From: Candidatus Saccharimonadota bacterium
GTDB taxonomy: Bacteria > Patescibacteriota > Saccharimonadia > Saccharimonadales > SZUA-47
Reading direction: 5' to 3'
Length of the DNA stretch: 64,000 nt
Assembly (NCBI GenBank): GCA_016700315.1
Contig: CP065013.1
Coordinates: 193,449-257,448, forward strand
A model generated the notes under the pieces. That model was not told where the DNA came from. It made no database searches and saw nothing but the letters and a program-made list of their open reading frames with translations. The position numbers were made by a program, and so were the translations under genes. The number at the start of each line of letters is the position of its first letter. Position 1 is the stretch's first letter. Positions 32,063 to 41,333 of the stretch are shown here, one piece after another.

Positions 32063-33347
32063 TAATGCCCGAGTCGGCCTTTTCGACGCCTACAGCTTCA
32101 ATTTTTGCTTGAAGCCTGCCGACCATATCCTTATATTCAGCTATTTTATCTTCTTTTTCAAATACTCCTGTTACCCCCAACATAGCCCCTATACCCATAC
32201 CGAATATACTATTTTGCAATAGACTTTTTAGGTCAATTCTATTATTTACATCCAAGTGTTCAAAGAATGACCTAACAGCAACCGCAACTTCGTCTGAATA
32301 GCCTGAATCTCGTTTGGCGGCATCTAGAGAGCTATTAACAAGCGTTCTAAAACTTGTTGCATCGTACGCATACCTATTTTCATAATGTTTTGGTTGTGAA
32401 ATTCTGTTTTCATCTCCATCACTAAAACTCGTTGATTTTCCTCCAATAATTGGAACTTCGACCGTATTACGCATCACAATAGTGTAAGCCATATGCCAAT
32501 ACTTATAGGCAAAGGATTTGACATCTATATCACGCTTACCGTCAACTTGTGTTACGGCGGGCTCGATACTAATTCCGGCTGCCTCCATAGCAAACCGAAA
32601 GGCCTTACCATGCGGCTCCCGTTCCCATCCATTAGCTGACTCATCTTCACCTTGGGTGGGTACAAACATATAATCGTGCAGGTCTTCACTTTTTCGGAAA
32701 TAATGCCGCATACCATTTAGTAGTCTAACTGCACTATCGATGGATATTGTTGGCCTATCTCCAAGTAGTTCAACCTCAAGCATTCCCATCTCGTCCAGCT
32801 CGATAGGATGCATAGTACGATCAGTCAGTAAATCAGGCTGCCACGAAGGTAAGGATCCTTCTGGCATTAATGAAAAGTGATGCTCAACTCCTTCGAGATC
32901 TTTCACTGCTTGCTCAGTTGCTGTGTGGCCTTGAAAAAGAAAGGAATTATAGCTTGCATCGTCGAAAGGATGCCTAGTAACTACCTGAACCCGATCAGCC
33001 CTCAAAGTGTAATCTTTATAACTACCACCTGCTACCCTATCCACATTTGGTCTTATTCCCCCCTGAACAGTCGTTGTCGCACCCCAAGAATCATTACCAC
33101 CATTAACTTTTTCAACAACTTCATATTGCCCTGCAAGAGCATTATCTAGTTTATGGTTTAGCTCGAATTGCAAGCTAGACACCCACCTGTCGCCATTTGT
33201 TAACTCGACTCCCCAAGCCCTTACCTGATCACCATACTTATCGTCTACATATCCCTGAGCAATATCAGCATACCTACCTGCCCTAATTGCCATATCAACA
33301 CCTGACTCACCTACTGGAACATTTAATCTCTCTCTCAGTTCTCGCAT
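32046..33347 (-). CDS. hypothetical protein (orphan, 434 aa from the preferred start)
   Basis: Long ORF. The ATG at 33347 has SD AAGGAG 8 nt upstream. No recognisable family or motif. Confidence 0.6.
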   Translation of the reverse strand: MRELRERLNVPVGESGVDMAIRAGRYADIAQGYVDDKYGDQVRAWGVELTNGDRWVSSLQFELNHKLDNALAGQYEVVEKVNGGNDSWGATTTVQGGIRPNVDRVAGGSYKDYTLRADRVQVVTRHPFDDASYNSFLFQGHTATEQAVKDLEGVEHHFSLMPEGSLPSWQPDLLTDRTMHPIELDEMGMLEVELLGDRPTISIDSAVRLLNGMRHYFRKSEDLHDYMFVPTQGEDESANGWEREPHGKAFRFAMEAAGISIEPAVTQVDGKRDIDVKSFAYKYWHMAYTIVMRNTVEVPIIGGKSTSFSDGDENRISQPKHYENRYAYDATSFRTLVNSSLDAAKRDSGYSDEVAVAVRSFFEHLDVNNRIDLKSLLQNSIFGMGIGAMLGVTGVFEKEDKIAEYKDMVGRLQAKIEAVGVEKADSGITVINM

Positions 33348-33478
33348 ATTTTTTCTCCTTTGACAGACAATATACACCATTCCATAAGGATAAACAAAAG
33401 CACTATTCTACATCTTCACATCAACTAACTATCACCCAGCATGAGCATTTTTAACTCACTGACCCCTACAAAAAATGT

Positions 33479-33500
33479 CGACATTTTTTGCACACGTATT
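33479..33500. promoter_or_regulatory. perfect 22-bp palindrome (operator-like)
   Basis: CAAAAAATGTC|GACATTTTTTG, about 130 nt upstream of the 32046-33347 gene. Confidence 0.4.
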
Positions 33501-33545
33501 CAATTTATGTTGCATTTACCTGCAAAAAATATAATTGGTTTAAAC

Positions 33546-33826
33546 CGTTAACATGCTGAAAAAGCATATTAACCACTATGAGAAGCTATTACCCCTTCTG
33601 AGAACTCATGAGGAATTGAATGCCAAAAACACAATTAGAGCGAGTGACGTGTTTGAAGCCAATGTATTCATTGGCAAGTTGTCAGAGCATTGTGTCTTTT
33701 GGCAATGAAAGCTTCAAGAGTTCGAAGCTGGGGCTGCTTCTTTGCCTACTTTCTTGTCAGTACAAGAAAGTAGGGCGGTAAAGCTAGGCCCCAAGAGGGC
33801 CGAGCGCCGAAACAGGGAGTTAGATA
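33546..33826 (+). repeat. structured repeat element, copy B
   Basis: Shares the 5' hairpin module, the conserved loop sequences and the 3' module CTTCTTTGCCTACTTTCTTGTCAGTACAAGAAAGTAGGGCGGTAAAGCTAGGCCCCAAGAGGGCCGAGCGCCGAAA. Confidence 0.8.
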
Positions 33827-33870
33827 CTAGAAGTTTTTCTTTGCTCCTGGCTCATAACTCTTGGCTCTAC

Positions 33871-36717
33871 TTATCGTTCAATTCGGAGCGTTGTTGGGTC
33901 TTCATTCTGCGCTTGTGGTTGTTCGGCAACGATCTTCTCAACCGGCTCTTCGACCTTCTCTAGCTGCTCCAAAACAGACGGCTGATGGCTGTTAGCCGAT
34001 GGCTGAGGACTGCTGGCTGTTAGCTGCTGGCCAGTGGCCGTCAGCTGCTGGCTGTTTTGGCTGGTGGCCGGTGCCTGTTGGCCGTTAGCTAGCGGCTGTT
34101 GGTTGTTGGCCGTTGGCTGTGCTGGCTTCTTACCGAACCCAGTCTGCGGAGGCGTAAAGGGTTGCTGCCGTTTAGCCAACCAATCATCAAGGAAAGAACC
34201 TCCCGGTTTTGGCGCTGCTGGTCTAGCAGGCGCTGGCCCAGCCGCCCCCAAAGGTCCGCCTACCGGCTTTTCAGGGGCCTTAAGACGCTCAAATATCTCT
34301 TCCTCTACAATTCCGCGTGGACGGCCATATTTAGCGTAGGAGAGCTGTTTAAGCGCGTCACCGAGTTTCTTGTTTGGCGTTCCGAGCTGTGGCAGCGCTG
34401 CCATACTAAACGGCATACTAGGCACACCCCTTATCAGCATTCTAACAATGGCATTGTAGTTTGGCGTCCGCTGTAAGTCGTTAATATCAAAGACTGGCGC
34501 AAAATACTTAGCCAAAAACTCCGCATCGTTTGTACCGACACGGAAAGAAGTTATAGTACCAATGTTACCAAACACGGCGTCTCGGATTTCTTCGCTTAGC
34601 TGTGTGGTAAACTGGTTAGCCACAATTAGGCTCAAGCGGTACTTCCTAGCTTCACTCAAGATAGTCGCAAATGAATCTGTCGAGAAGTTTTGGAACTCAT
34701 CAACGTAAAGACTGAAATCAATACGATCACTCTCGTCAATATTGGCCCTGCTCATAGCTGCTGCCTGGAACTTCATCACAAAAATCATTCCCAAAAGCTT
34801 ACTGTTAAGGTCCCCCGTCCTACCCTTACTCAGATTTACCAGCAAAATCTTTTTACTGTCCATCACCTCTCTTAAGTCAAATGAGCTCTTCACCTGACCG
34901 ATAATATTACGCATCATCTCGTTACTTAAGAAGGCTCCAAACTTACTCACAACCCAGCTTGTAACCTCGCCGGATTCATTAGATCTCTGGGCATTTGGCC
35001 ATTCCTTAGTCCAAAAGTCGAGTACTGTCTGATCTTTTGTATATTGAAGCTTTTCGCGCATAAAATCAGAATCGACCAGAAGCTTGGGAATATCGATAAA
35101 TGTCCCTCCCTTAGGATCGCTCATCAGTAGCAGTGAACACATCCTAAATATATGCTCAAATCTAGGCCCCATGAAACCCTGTCGGTTCGGATCGTACAGC
35201 TTATACAAAATATTGATTGCTTCTTGGATCAAAAAGTCCTTTTGATCTGAGCTAGTGTATTCGAACAAATTCAACCCTAAAGGGAAATCCATCTCCGCCG
35301 GACTAAAGTAAATCACATCTTCAGTTCTCTCTTTTGGTACCATGGCTAGTAGCCGTTCGGCCGTATCACCATGTGGATCAATAAAGGCAAATCCGTCGCC
35401 GTTGAGCATATCTTGAAGAGCCAAGTTTTCCAGAAAAGTCGACTTACCTGTACCAGTTTGTCCAACAGCATAAAGGTGACGGCGACGATCCTCTGGGTCT
35501 AAAACGATTCTCTTCTTTGCACCTCGGAATATGTTATAGCCTAATACCAATCCTTGATCACTCATAGTACGCGGGCCGTCGACCTGCTTACTATCTTGGC
35601 GCTGAAGCTGTGTAGTCGGCATATTATTCTGATCTGGGAAATGGAACAGTGTAGCCAATTCAACTGAGTTCAGGATATTCTTGTTATTCTCTGGCGGGAA
35701 AAACCTCATGATATAGGCCGTCACAAAACTATCAATATCTTTAGCTGGTGAATACTTAAAACCGTTCTTACCCTGAGCGTTAAACAGAGCAAAAGAAGCC
35801 ACTATGCTATTGATGATTGAATGAGCCTTAGAAGAAATATTTGAAGACGCCACTACCCGCACCAACACCTCATAGCCTGGATGTTTGGCTTTTTCTTCCA
35901 TCGACTCTGCCAACCCAACATCAACTGCCGAGCCCTCTTCTTTTTTGCCTCCTCCATCGCCGCTCTTGTCCTCAGGTGGCTTCCAGGCAGCAGAGAACAG
36001 CTGCTTGACCCACCAAAAGGCTAGTTCCCCACCTGTCTTTTTCTTATTCCCTTTACGTTTCTTACCGGCCTCTGCAACTGTCGTTTTGCGCCAACCCTCG
36101 TGTGCTGGCCTAATCAGAATCTGTATGCCAGCACCGTCCTCCTTATCAAGGCTAGATAAGGAGTTTAGTATCGAACCCATCGCATCGCGCTTGATCTCGT
36201 TGTAGGTAGCGATAGGGTATGCAAACTGTTCTTTTAAGGTCAGCTCTCCCCCCATCGTGCCGGTAATCTTACCTACTGGGCTAAAGATATTGTGCTCTTC
36301 GACTTCTTCGATCCTAGCAGAAGGATAGGCACTAACAATTGCCTGGTGAACTGTATCTGCCAAAACAACAGGAACAGCAGTATAAAAATGCACGAAACCT
36401 TTAATGCCGACTATCTCAAATGAAAAATGACGTTGTCCATATATTTTACTCTTAAACCCTTTAGTGGCAGTAGCTGAGATAATCTCATAAAGTATCTCGG
36501 CCTTACTTATCGCTTCATTAGTTACGTCCCTTATATCTCTTGAGCCGACTTCCGTGTCTTCACTTAGAGGTGGTAAATGAATTATGAAAGTTACCATCTT
36601 GAGCCCACGCTCAAAATTTTTACTTTCTCTGGCAGTCTTGCGCATTCTAAAGGCTATAGCCAAGCCAACACCGCAAAGTGCTACCAAAAGTCCAAAAACA
36701 ATAATTGCCCAGCTCAC
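33871..36717 (-). CDS. membrane-anchored VirD4/TraD/TraG-superfamily (type IV coupling protein-like) ATPase
   Basis: 948 aa with an N-terminal TM, Walker A GQTGTGKST, Walker B LYVDEFQNF followed by RKYRLSLIVANQ, and a Q/P/A-rich disordered C-terminus. Confidence 0.6.
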   Translation of the reverse strand: MSWAIIVFGLLVALCGVGLAIAFRMRKTARESKNFERGLKMVTFIIHLPPLSEDTEVGSRDIRDVTNEAISKAEILYEIISATATKGFKSKIYGQRHFSFEIVGIKGFVHFYTAVPVVLADTVHQAIVSAYPSARIEEVEEHNIFSPVGKITGTMGGELTLKEQFAYPIATYNEIKRDAMGSILNSLSSLDKEDGAGIQILIRPAHEGWRKTTVAEAGKKRKGNKKKTGGELAFWWVKQLFSAAWKPPEDKSGDGGGKKEEGSAVDVGLAESMEEKAKHPGYEVLVRVVASSNISSKAHSIINSIVASFALFNAQGKNGFKYSPAKDIDSFVTAYIMRFFPPENNKNILNSVELATLFHFPDQNNMPTTQLQRQDSKQVDGPRTMSDQGLVLGYNIFRGAKKRIVLDPEDRRRHLYAVGQTGTGKSTFLENLALQDMLNGDGFAFIDPHGDTAERLLAMVPKERTEDVIYFSPAEMDFPLGLNLFEYTSSDQKDFLIQEAINILYKLYDPNRQGFMGPRFEHIFRMCSLLLMSDPKGGTFIDIPKLLVDSDFMREKLQYTKDQTVLDFWTKEWPNAQRSNESGEVTSWVVSKFGAFLSNEMMRNIIGQVKSSFDLREVMDSKKILLVNLSKGRTGDLNSKLLGMIFVMKFQAAAMSRANIDESDRIDFSLYVDEFQNFSTDSFATILSEARKYRLSLIVANQFTTQLSEEIRDAVFGNIGTITSFRVGTNDAEFLAKYFAPVFDINDLQRTPNYNAIVRMLIRGVPSMPFSMAALPQLGTPNKKLGDALKQLSYAKYGRPRGIVEEEIFERLKAPEKPVGGPLGAAGPAPARPAAPKPGGSFLDDWLAKRQQPFTPPQTGFGKKPAQPTANNQQPLANGQQAPATSQNSQQLTATGQQLTASSPQPSANSHQPSVLEQLEKVEEPVEKIVAEQPQAQNEDPTTLRIER

Positions 36718-36748
36718 TTCTTATTTATTCCTTTGACTCTTGTCCTAT

Positions 36749-37138
36749 TCAGGAAGTAGCCTTCGATTTTATAGTCCTATTATAGCGTTTTTTAATGTAA
36801 TCCGCTCGTACTTTATTGAGCTCATTAGTCTGAGCGTGTGGGTTGCCTATGGTCTGAGCTACTACCTTTTTAGCTCGAGCAACCCATTCGTGCTCAATCA
36901 GGTCAACGTCTTCCGCTGCTAAATCATCATCGCTAGGTGCCGCTACTGTTGAGGAGGCCATGGTTACGACATCATCAACCGCGCTACTGCCAGGTATCAA
37001 GACTGGACTTGCAGCTGAAGTTGTTGGACCAACGGGTGTAAGTTCGGGCACTCTTAAATCGCTCTCACCTCTGATCTCAGCACCAGTTACTTCTGGGCTA
37101 GATTCAAGTATTTCTGGCAGTATTTCTTTATTATCCAT
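36749..37138 (-). CDS. hypothetical protein
   Basis: 129-aa ORF in the same operon-like string as the ATPase. Confidence 0.45.
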   Translation of the reverse strand: MDNKEILPEILESSPEVTGAEIRGESDLRVPELTPVGPTTSAASPVLIPGSSAVDDVVTMASSTVAAPSDDDLAAEDVDLIEHEWVARAKKVVAQTIGNPHAQTNELNKVRADYIKKRYNRTIKSKATS

Positions 37139-37186
37139 ACAAACTTTATTCTATCACTTAACTGATTGAAATGACACCGTTTCGAA

Positions 37187-37525
37187 CTATTTTTTTAACC
37201 TTCTAAAGTAGAAGACTAGTACCGATACGAATATTACCAACAAGAAGCCTGTGCCAAAATTAAGCTGCCCTAGAGATGACATCACGACTAGTAGACTCAT
37301 CGAAAGCCCTGACGTAAAAGCAAAGAAAATGTGTATTTCGGGTCCAAACTTTCCATATGCCAACTTAAAAGATAAGATATAAGCAACCAAGCCGACGATA
37401 ATGCCTATCAATATCACCGGTACTGTAAGCAGGATTATTGGCGAGTTCTCTGGGCTGGTATTCAGTACTAAACCAGTTAAGAGCGCCACCAAGACCAACA
37501 GCAATAAGCCTATTTTTTTATGCAT
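37187..37525 (-). CDS. hypothetical polytopic membrane protein
   Basis: 112 aa with 3-4 hydrophobic helices. Confidence 0.5.
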   Translation of the reverse strand: MHKKIGLLLLVLVALLTGLVLNTSPENSPIILLTVPVILIGIIVGLVAYILSFKLAYGKFGPEIHIFFAFTSGLSMSLLVVMSSLGQLNFGTGFLLVIFVSVLVFYFRRLKK

Positions 37526-38156
37526 ATAGCTTAGTTTATATTAAATAACCGCCTTTAGTGAAGGCGGTTATTTAATTAGTTTTTTAAAAGGAGACCTGAG
37601 TAGCCGTGGAAGTAAATGCACTGGACTAAATTGTTAAAACTATTGCAGCGCTTACTTCCCTCGGCTTTGACTGACCGCTTCATAAACTTTGAGAGTTTAC
37701 GAGGCGTTATATTCAGCTAATTTTGCTTGTTTTTGTTTTAGCTGAATAACTGTATATTATAGGATCGTGTTAATAATGTCAATAGCTAGTGTCATTTAAT
37801 TATAGTAGTTATTATAACAACATTACAGATTATAAATAACGACGCGTATATATTTTTACCTGTTAATATTGTTGTTATAATTATTACGTTAATTGTAGGT
37901 GATTCCGGGTGTACTATCGGGCTTTAGCAGACTAATCAGGAGCACTTTCATAAACATTAAAATACTAAAATACTACAATTTTTTTGTATAAATTTTTGTG
38001 CTTTTGCTAAGATTTTTAATACCATAAGCCAACATTTTTAGTATCAAAACGTAGAAAAAACCAGCACTTATTAATTGGTACTTGGTGGTAATTTAAAATG
38101 ATTTTCAAACTTAATTAGCGTATTCGAACAAACAAAATATCATCTACCCACCTTGA

Positions 38157-38912
38157 CTAATTTTGGTAAAATCTTCGGCTAGCCGCCCAGCCCTCTGCTC
38201 TGACACGGCCCTGTTTAACAAGAACTTGGATATAATGTGACACCAACCCCGGACTTAAGTTTAGCTTTCTAGCAATCCGTGGCACTTGGCTTCCAGAGTT
38301 TGACTTAATATACTCCTCGATTTTAGTTAAATTATTGATCATGCGTTTTTTTCTTGCCTGTACACCTAATTGAGATAGCTCGACTGACCGTAGGCTTGTA
38401 TAGTACCTAGCTGCTATTGCTAACTCCTCTTCGGTAAGCGCGGCCACAGCGGAAGGTAAGCCATTAGTGTCATCAGATGGGCTCTGTACAGCTTGGGGTT
38501 GTTTTGGCTCCTCCCGTATCTCAGGGGTTTGGTTGGCCATAGTCGGTGAATTTTCTTCTATTTTTTGTGGCAGTGGTGATGGGGGCAACACTGAGCTAGG
38601 GTTTTCTACTACATCGTTAGGATCGAACTGTTCACCAATCGGCTGCTGTATACTGACATCAGGGTTCGGTACAGGAAGCGTTTCTACCAACGTCTCAGTT
38701 GTTATGCTTGGTTTGGGCATATCGACAGGCTGATCCACAACTATTGGGGCATCGCTTTTGGCTTGGTCTGGGATAGTCGGTTCTGACAACTGCGGTTCAA
38801 TTTGCTCAACATCGCTACCTACTATTCCAGTGGCGGCAGCTTCAGGTTGCAGCGGATCTGCTCCGCCAGCACCATCATCATTACTGCCAGCATCATTATT
38901 TTCATTATTCAT
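38157..38912 (-). CDS. putative winged-helix DNA-binding protein with acidic/proline-rich N-terminus
   Basis: C-terminal segment IEEYIKSNSGSQVPRIARKLNLSPGLVSHYIQVLVKQGRV resembles a MarR/ArsR-type wHTH. TACAAT lies 8 nt upstream of the ATG and there is no SD. Confidence 0.5.
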   Translation of the reverse strand: MNNENNDAGSNDDGAGGADPLQPEAAATGIVGSDVEQIEPQLSEPTIPDQAKSDAPIVVDQPVDMPKPSITTETLVETLPVPNPDVSIQQPIGEQFDPNDVVENPSSVLPPSPLPQKIEENSPTMANQTPEIREEPKQPQAVQSPSDDTNGLPSAVAALTEEELAIAARYYTSLRSVELSQLGVQARKKRMINNLTKIEEYIKSNSGSQVPRIARKLNLSPGLVSHYIQVLVKQGRVRAEGWAASRRFYQN

Positions 38913-39064
38913 TTGGTTAAATTGTACTACCCTTTACCATTTTTGTATGCTATTTATACGGTTTATAAACACAAATACTGTTGTTATTTTTTGGCTATCT
39001 CTAGCCTAAGAACAGTTTAATAATAAAGGCTGTTATTTTTACACAGCTATTTATAAAAAACTTG

Positions 39065-39093
39065 TTGACAATAGTGTTTAAGCTTACTAATAT
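39065..39093 (+). promoter_or_regulatory. near-consensus promoter TTGACA-17-TAATAT
   Basis: Read directly. No ORF follows for about 550 nt. Confidence 0.55.
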
Positions 39094-39099
39094 AAGGTT

Positions 39100-39245
39100 A
39101 GCACTTGAATAAAAAAAGTGCTCAAAAACAAAAACGACCCCCTATAACAACCGTTTCTCGCAAGCGGTTGTTCCATAAGAAAACAAGACAAAAACTACAA
39201 TCAAAATAAGGATCCGGCTACCACGAATACGCCGGATCCTTTAAA
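39100..39245 (+). ncRNA. candidate small RNA or 5' leader
   Basis: Downstream of the promoter are three hairpins: AGCACT/AGTGCT, ACAACCG/CGGTTGT and GGATCCGGC/GCCGGATCC. The last is followed by TTTAAATTT. Confidence 0.3.
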
Positions 39246-39292
39246 TTTACGGACACCCAACTTGCCCGCCAATCAGCGCGCTACAAGCATCG

Positions 39293-39570
39293 AGTATCAA
39301 GTATGAATACACAGATAGTAGTAAGTAGTTAGTAGTAAGTAGCAAGCGTAAAATTCTAAATTCTAAACTCTAAACGAAGTAAGTATCACGTATTACGTAT
39401 CATGTATAAAGTATGAATTTCCCCTCAGTAAACAGTCATCAGTAAACAGTTATCAGTATTCTTCCGTAAACCATAAACTATCAACTATCAACTATCAACT
39501 CGTCCCTAGTCCCTAGTCCCTAGTCCCTAGCCCGTAGCCCTAATCACTCTAACCTCTAACCTAACCGCTG
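39293..39570. repeat. mosaic heptamer array
   Basis: Runs GTAGTAA/GTAGTTA, ATTCTAA x2, NNGTATN x5, NNNCAGT x5, TATCAAC x3, TAGTCCC x3 and TCTAACC x2. Confidence 0.9.
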
Positions 39571-39645
39571 CTCATCTCCTTGCTCCCATCAATCCCCTGT
39601 GATATTATTCAACCAAAATAAGGGGTGGCTAAGGAGTAAATCATC

Positions 39646-41160
39646 TTGCCTGCCACCAAAATTCTCTCTGTTCAAGACAACGGCCTTACCGGGGCACTTA
39701 TTGAAATAGAGTGTCAGCTAAGTAACAGCTTGCCCAACGTAGTTATAGTAGGGCTAGCAGGTAAAAGCTTAGACGAGGCTAAAGAGAGGCTTAGAAGCGC
39801 CTGCACCTCTAGTGGCACGCCCCTACCAAAGAAAAGGATTATCCTAAACCTCGCTCCGGCAGACCTTCCAAAAGAAGGCAGTAGCTTTGACCTTAGTCTT
39901 GCTGCCAGTATTTACGTCTCGAGTGGCCAAGCAAGACTACCAGAAGAAGCTGCTGTTTACATCGGTGAACTAGGCTTAGATGGTACTATACGGCCAGTCC
40001 GTGGAATACTAGGTAAACTCCTTGCCGCTCACGAAAAAGGCATTGAAAAAGCCTACATTCCAGCCGGCAACCTGCCCCAAGCCAGACTTATCAAAGGCCT
40101 TAGGGTCATCCCGTTACAAAAACTCAAAGACCTCTATGACATTCTCAACAATCCTGATAGCGAACCGCTAGTTGTAACTGACGGTAAGTTGCCTGCGCCT
40201 ACTGATTCGAACTCCTCTCTGTTAGACGACATTGTCGGCCAAGAGCGAGCCAAACGCGCCATGCTAATCGCCGCCGCCGGCCACCATAATATCTTGCTCA
40301 ACGGTCCACCGGGGGTTGGCAAAAGCATGTTGGCCAAAGCCATGGCTACTCTGCTGCCACCATTGTCAAACGAAGAAAGCATTGTTGTTACACACCTTCA
40401 CTCTCTCGCAGAAAATAATTATGATTCAATAGTCGTTAACCGCCCGGTTCGCGCCCCCCACCATACAGCCAGCGCTACAGCTGTCGTAGGTGGTGGTCAA
40501 AACCCGCGCCCCGGAGAAATAAGCTTATCTCACGGCGGCATACTGTTTTTGGACGAGCTGCCCGAATTCCACCGCGATATTATCGAGTCGCTTCGCCAGC
40601 CGTTAGAGGACAAAACTATTCGCGTTTCTAGGGCCAAAACCAGTGTTCTATACCCAGCTAATTTTATTCTTGTTGCTACGCGCAATCCCTGCCCCTGCGG
40701 CTACTTGAACAGCAGCAAACCTTGCACTTGTACCCCTTATCAGATCATTCAATATGAAAAGAAATTGAGTGGCCCAATCCTTGACCGTATCGACCTGCAT
40801 GTTCAGGTAGACTCAATCGACAACTCCAAGCTGCTAGAAGGTGCTCCCAAAACATCAAATTCCAAGAACTTTGCTGCTAGCGTTGCGGTATGCGCTCAAG
40901 TTCAGGCTGAACGCTTTGGCAAGCTAGGCGTCTTCAACAGCGACATGAGTAACGCCCAGGTCAAAAAACACGTCAACCTAGAGCCAGCCGCCAAAGAATT
41001 GCTCGACGCCGCCGCTGACAGACTAAACATCTCAGCTCGCGTCTATATGCGCACGCTCAAGGTCGCCCGGACCATCGCCGATCTTGACGGCTCAGACACA
41101 ACCTTACCCGCCCACATCAGCGAAGCCCTCCAATACCGCCCCATCACCACAAACTTCTAA
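39646..41160 (+). CDS. comM: Mg-chelatase-like ATPase YifB/ComM family
   Basis: Lon-like N-terminal domain, Walker A GPPGVGKS, LFLDELPEF, and a zinc-ribbon-like CPCG...CTC segment. TTG start with SD AAGGAG. Confidence 0.85.
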   Translation: MPATKILSVQDNGLTGALIEIECQLSNSLPNVVIVGLAGKSLDEAKERLRSACTSSGTPLPKKRIILNLAPADLPKEGSSFDLSLAASIYVSSGQARLPEEAAVYIGELGLDGTIRPVRGILGKLLAAHEKGIEKAYIPAGNLPQARLIKGLRVIPLQKLKDLYDILNNPDSEPLVVTDGKLPAPTDSNSSLLDDIVGQERAKRAMLIAAAGHHNILLNGPPGVGKSMLAKAMATLLPPLSNEESIVVTHLHSLAENNYDSIVVNRPVRAPHHTASATAVVGGGQNPRPGEISLSHGGILFLDELPEFHRDIIESLRQPLEDKTIRVSRAKTSVLYPANFILVATRNPCPCGYLNSSKPCTCTPYQIIQYEKKLSGPILDRIDLHVQVDSIDNSKLLEGAPKTSNSKNFAASVAVCAQVQAERFGKLGVFNSDMSNAQVKKHVNLEPAAKELLDAAADRLNISARVYMRTLKVARTIADLDGSDTTLPAHISEALQYRPITTNF

Positions 41161-41333
41161 CCTCAGACTGCCCGGGTTGTGCAATGAAATCCTTAGCGTT
41201 AGACGTATAAGGTACGGCAAGTATAGGCTATGTGTTATCGGCTAAGGGTTATAAGGGTAAAGATAAGAAAGGGTGTGTCTAGTACGCAGTACAGAGTTTT
41301 GCTAGTGGCCGGCCTCTAGCAGTCTATATACCT

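Noticed and set aside
33742-33963. 73-aa ORF reading through structured element copy B; likewise 41484-41948 (through copy C and antisense to infC) and 53462-53728
   Set aside because: They overlap repeat elements or better-supported genes on the other strand. No motifs and no SD.
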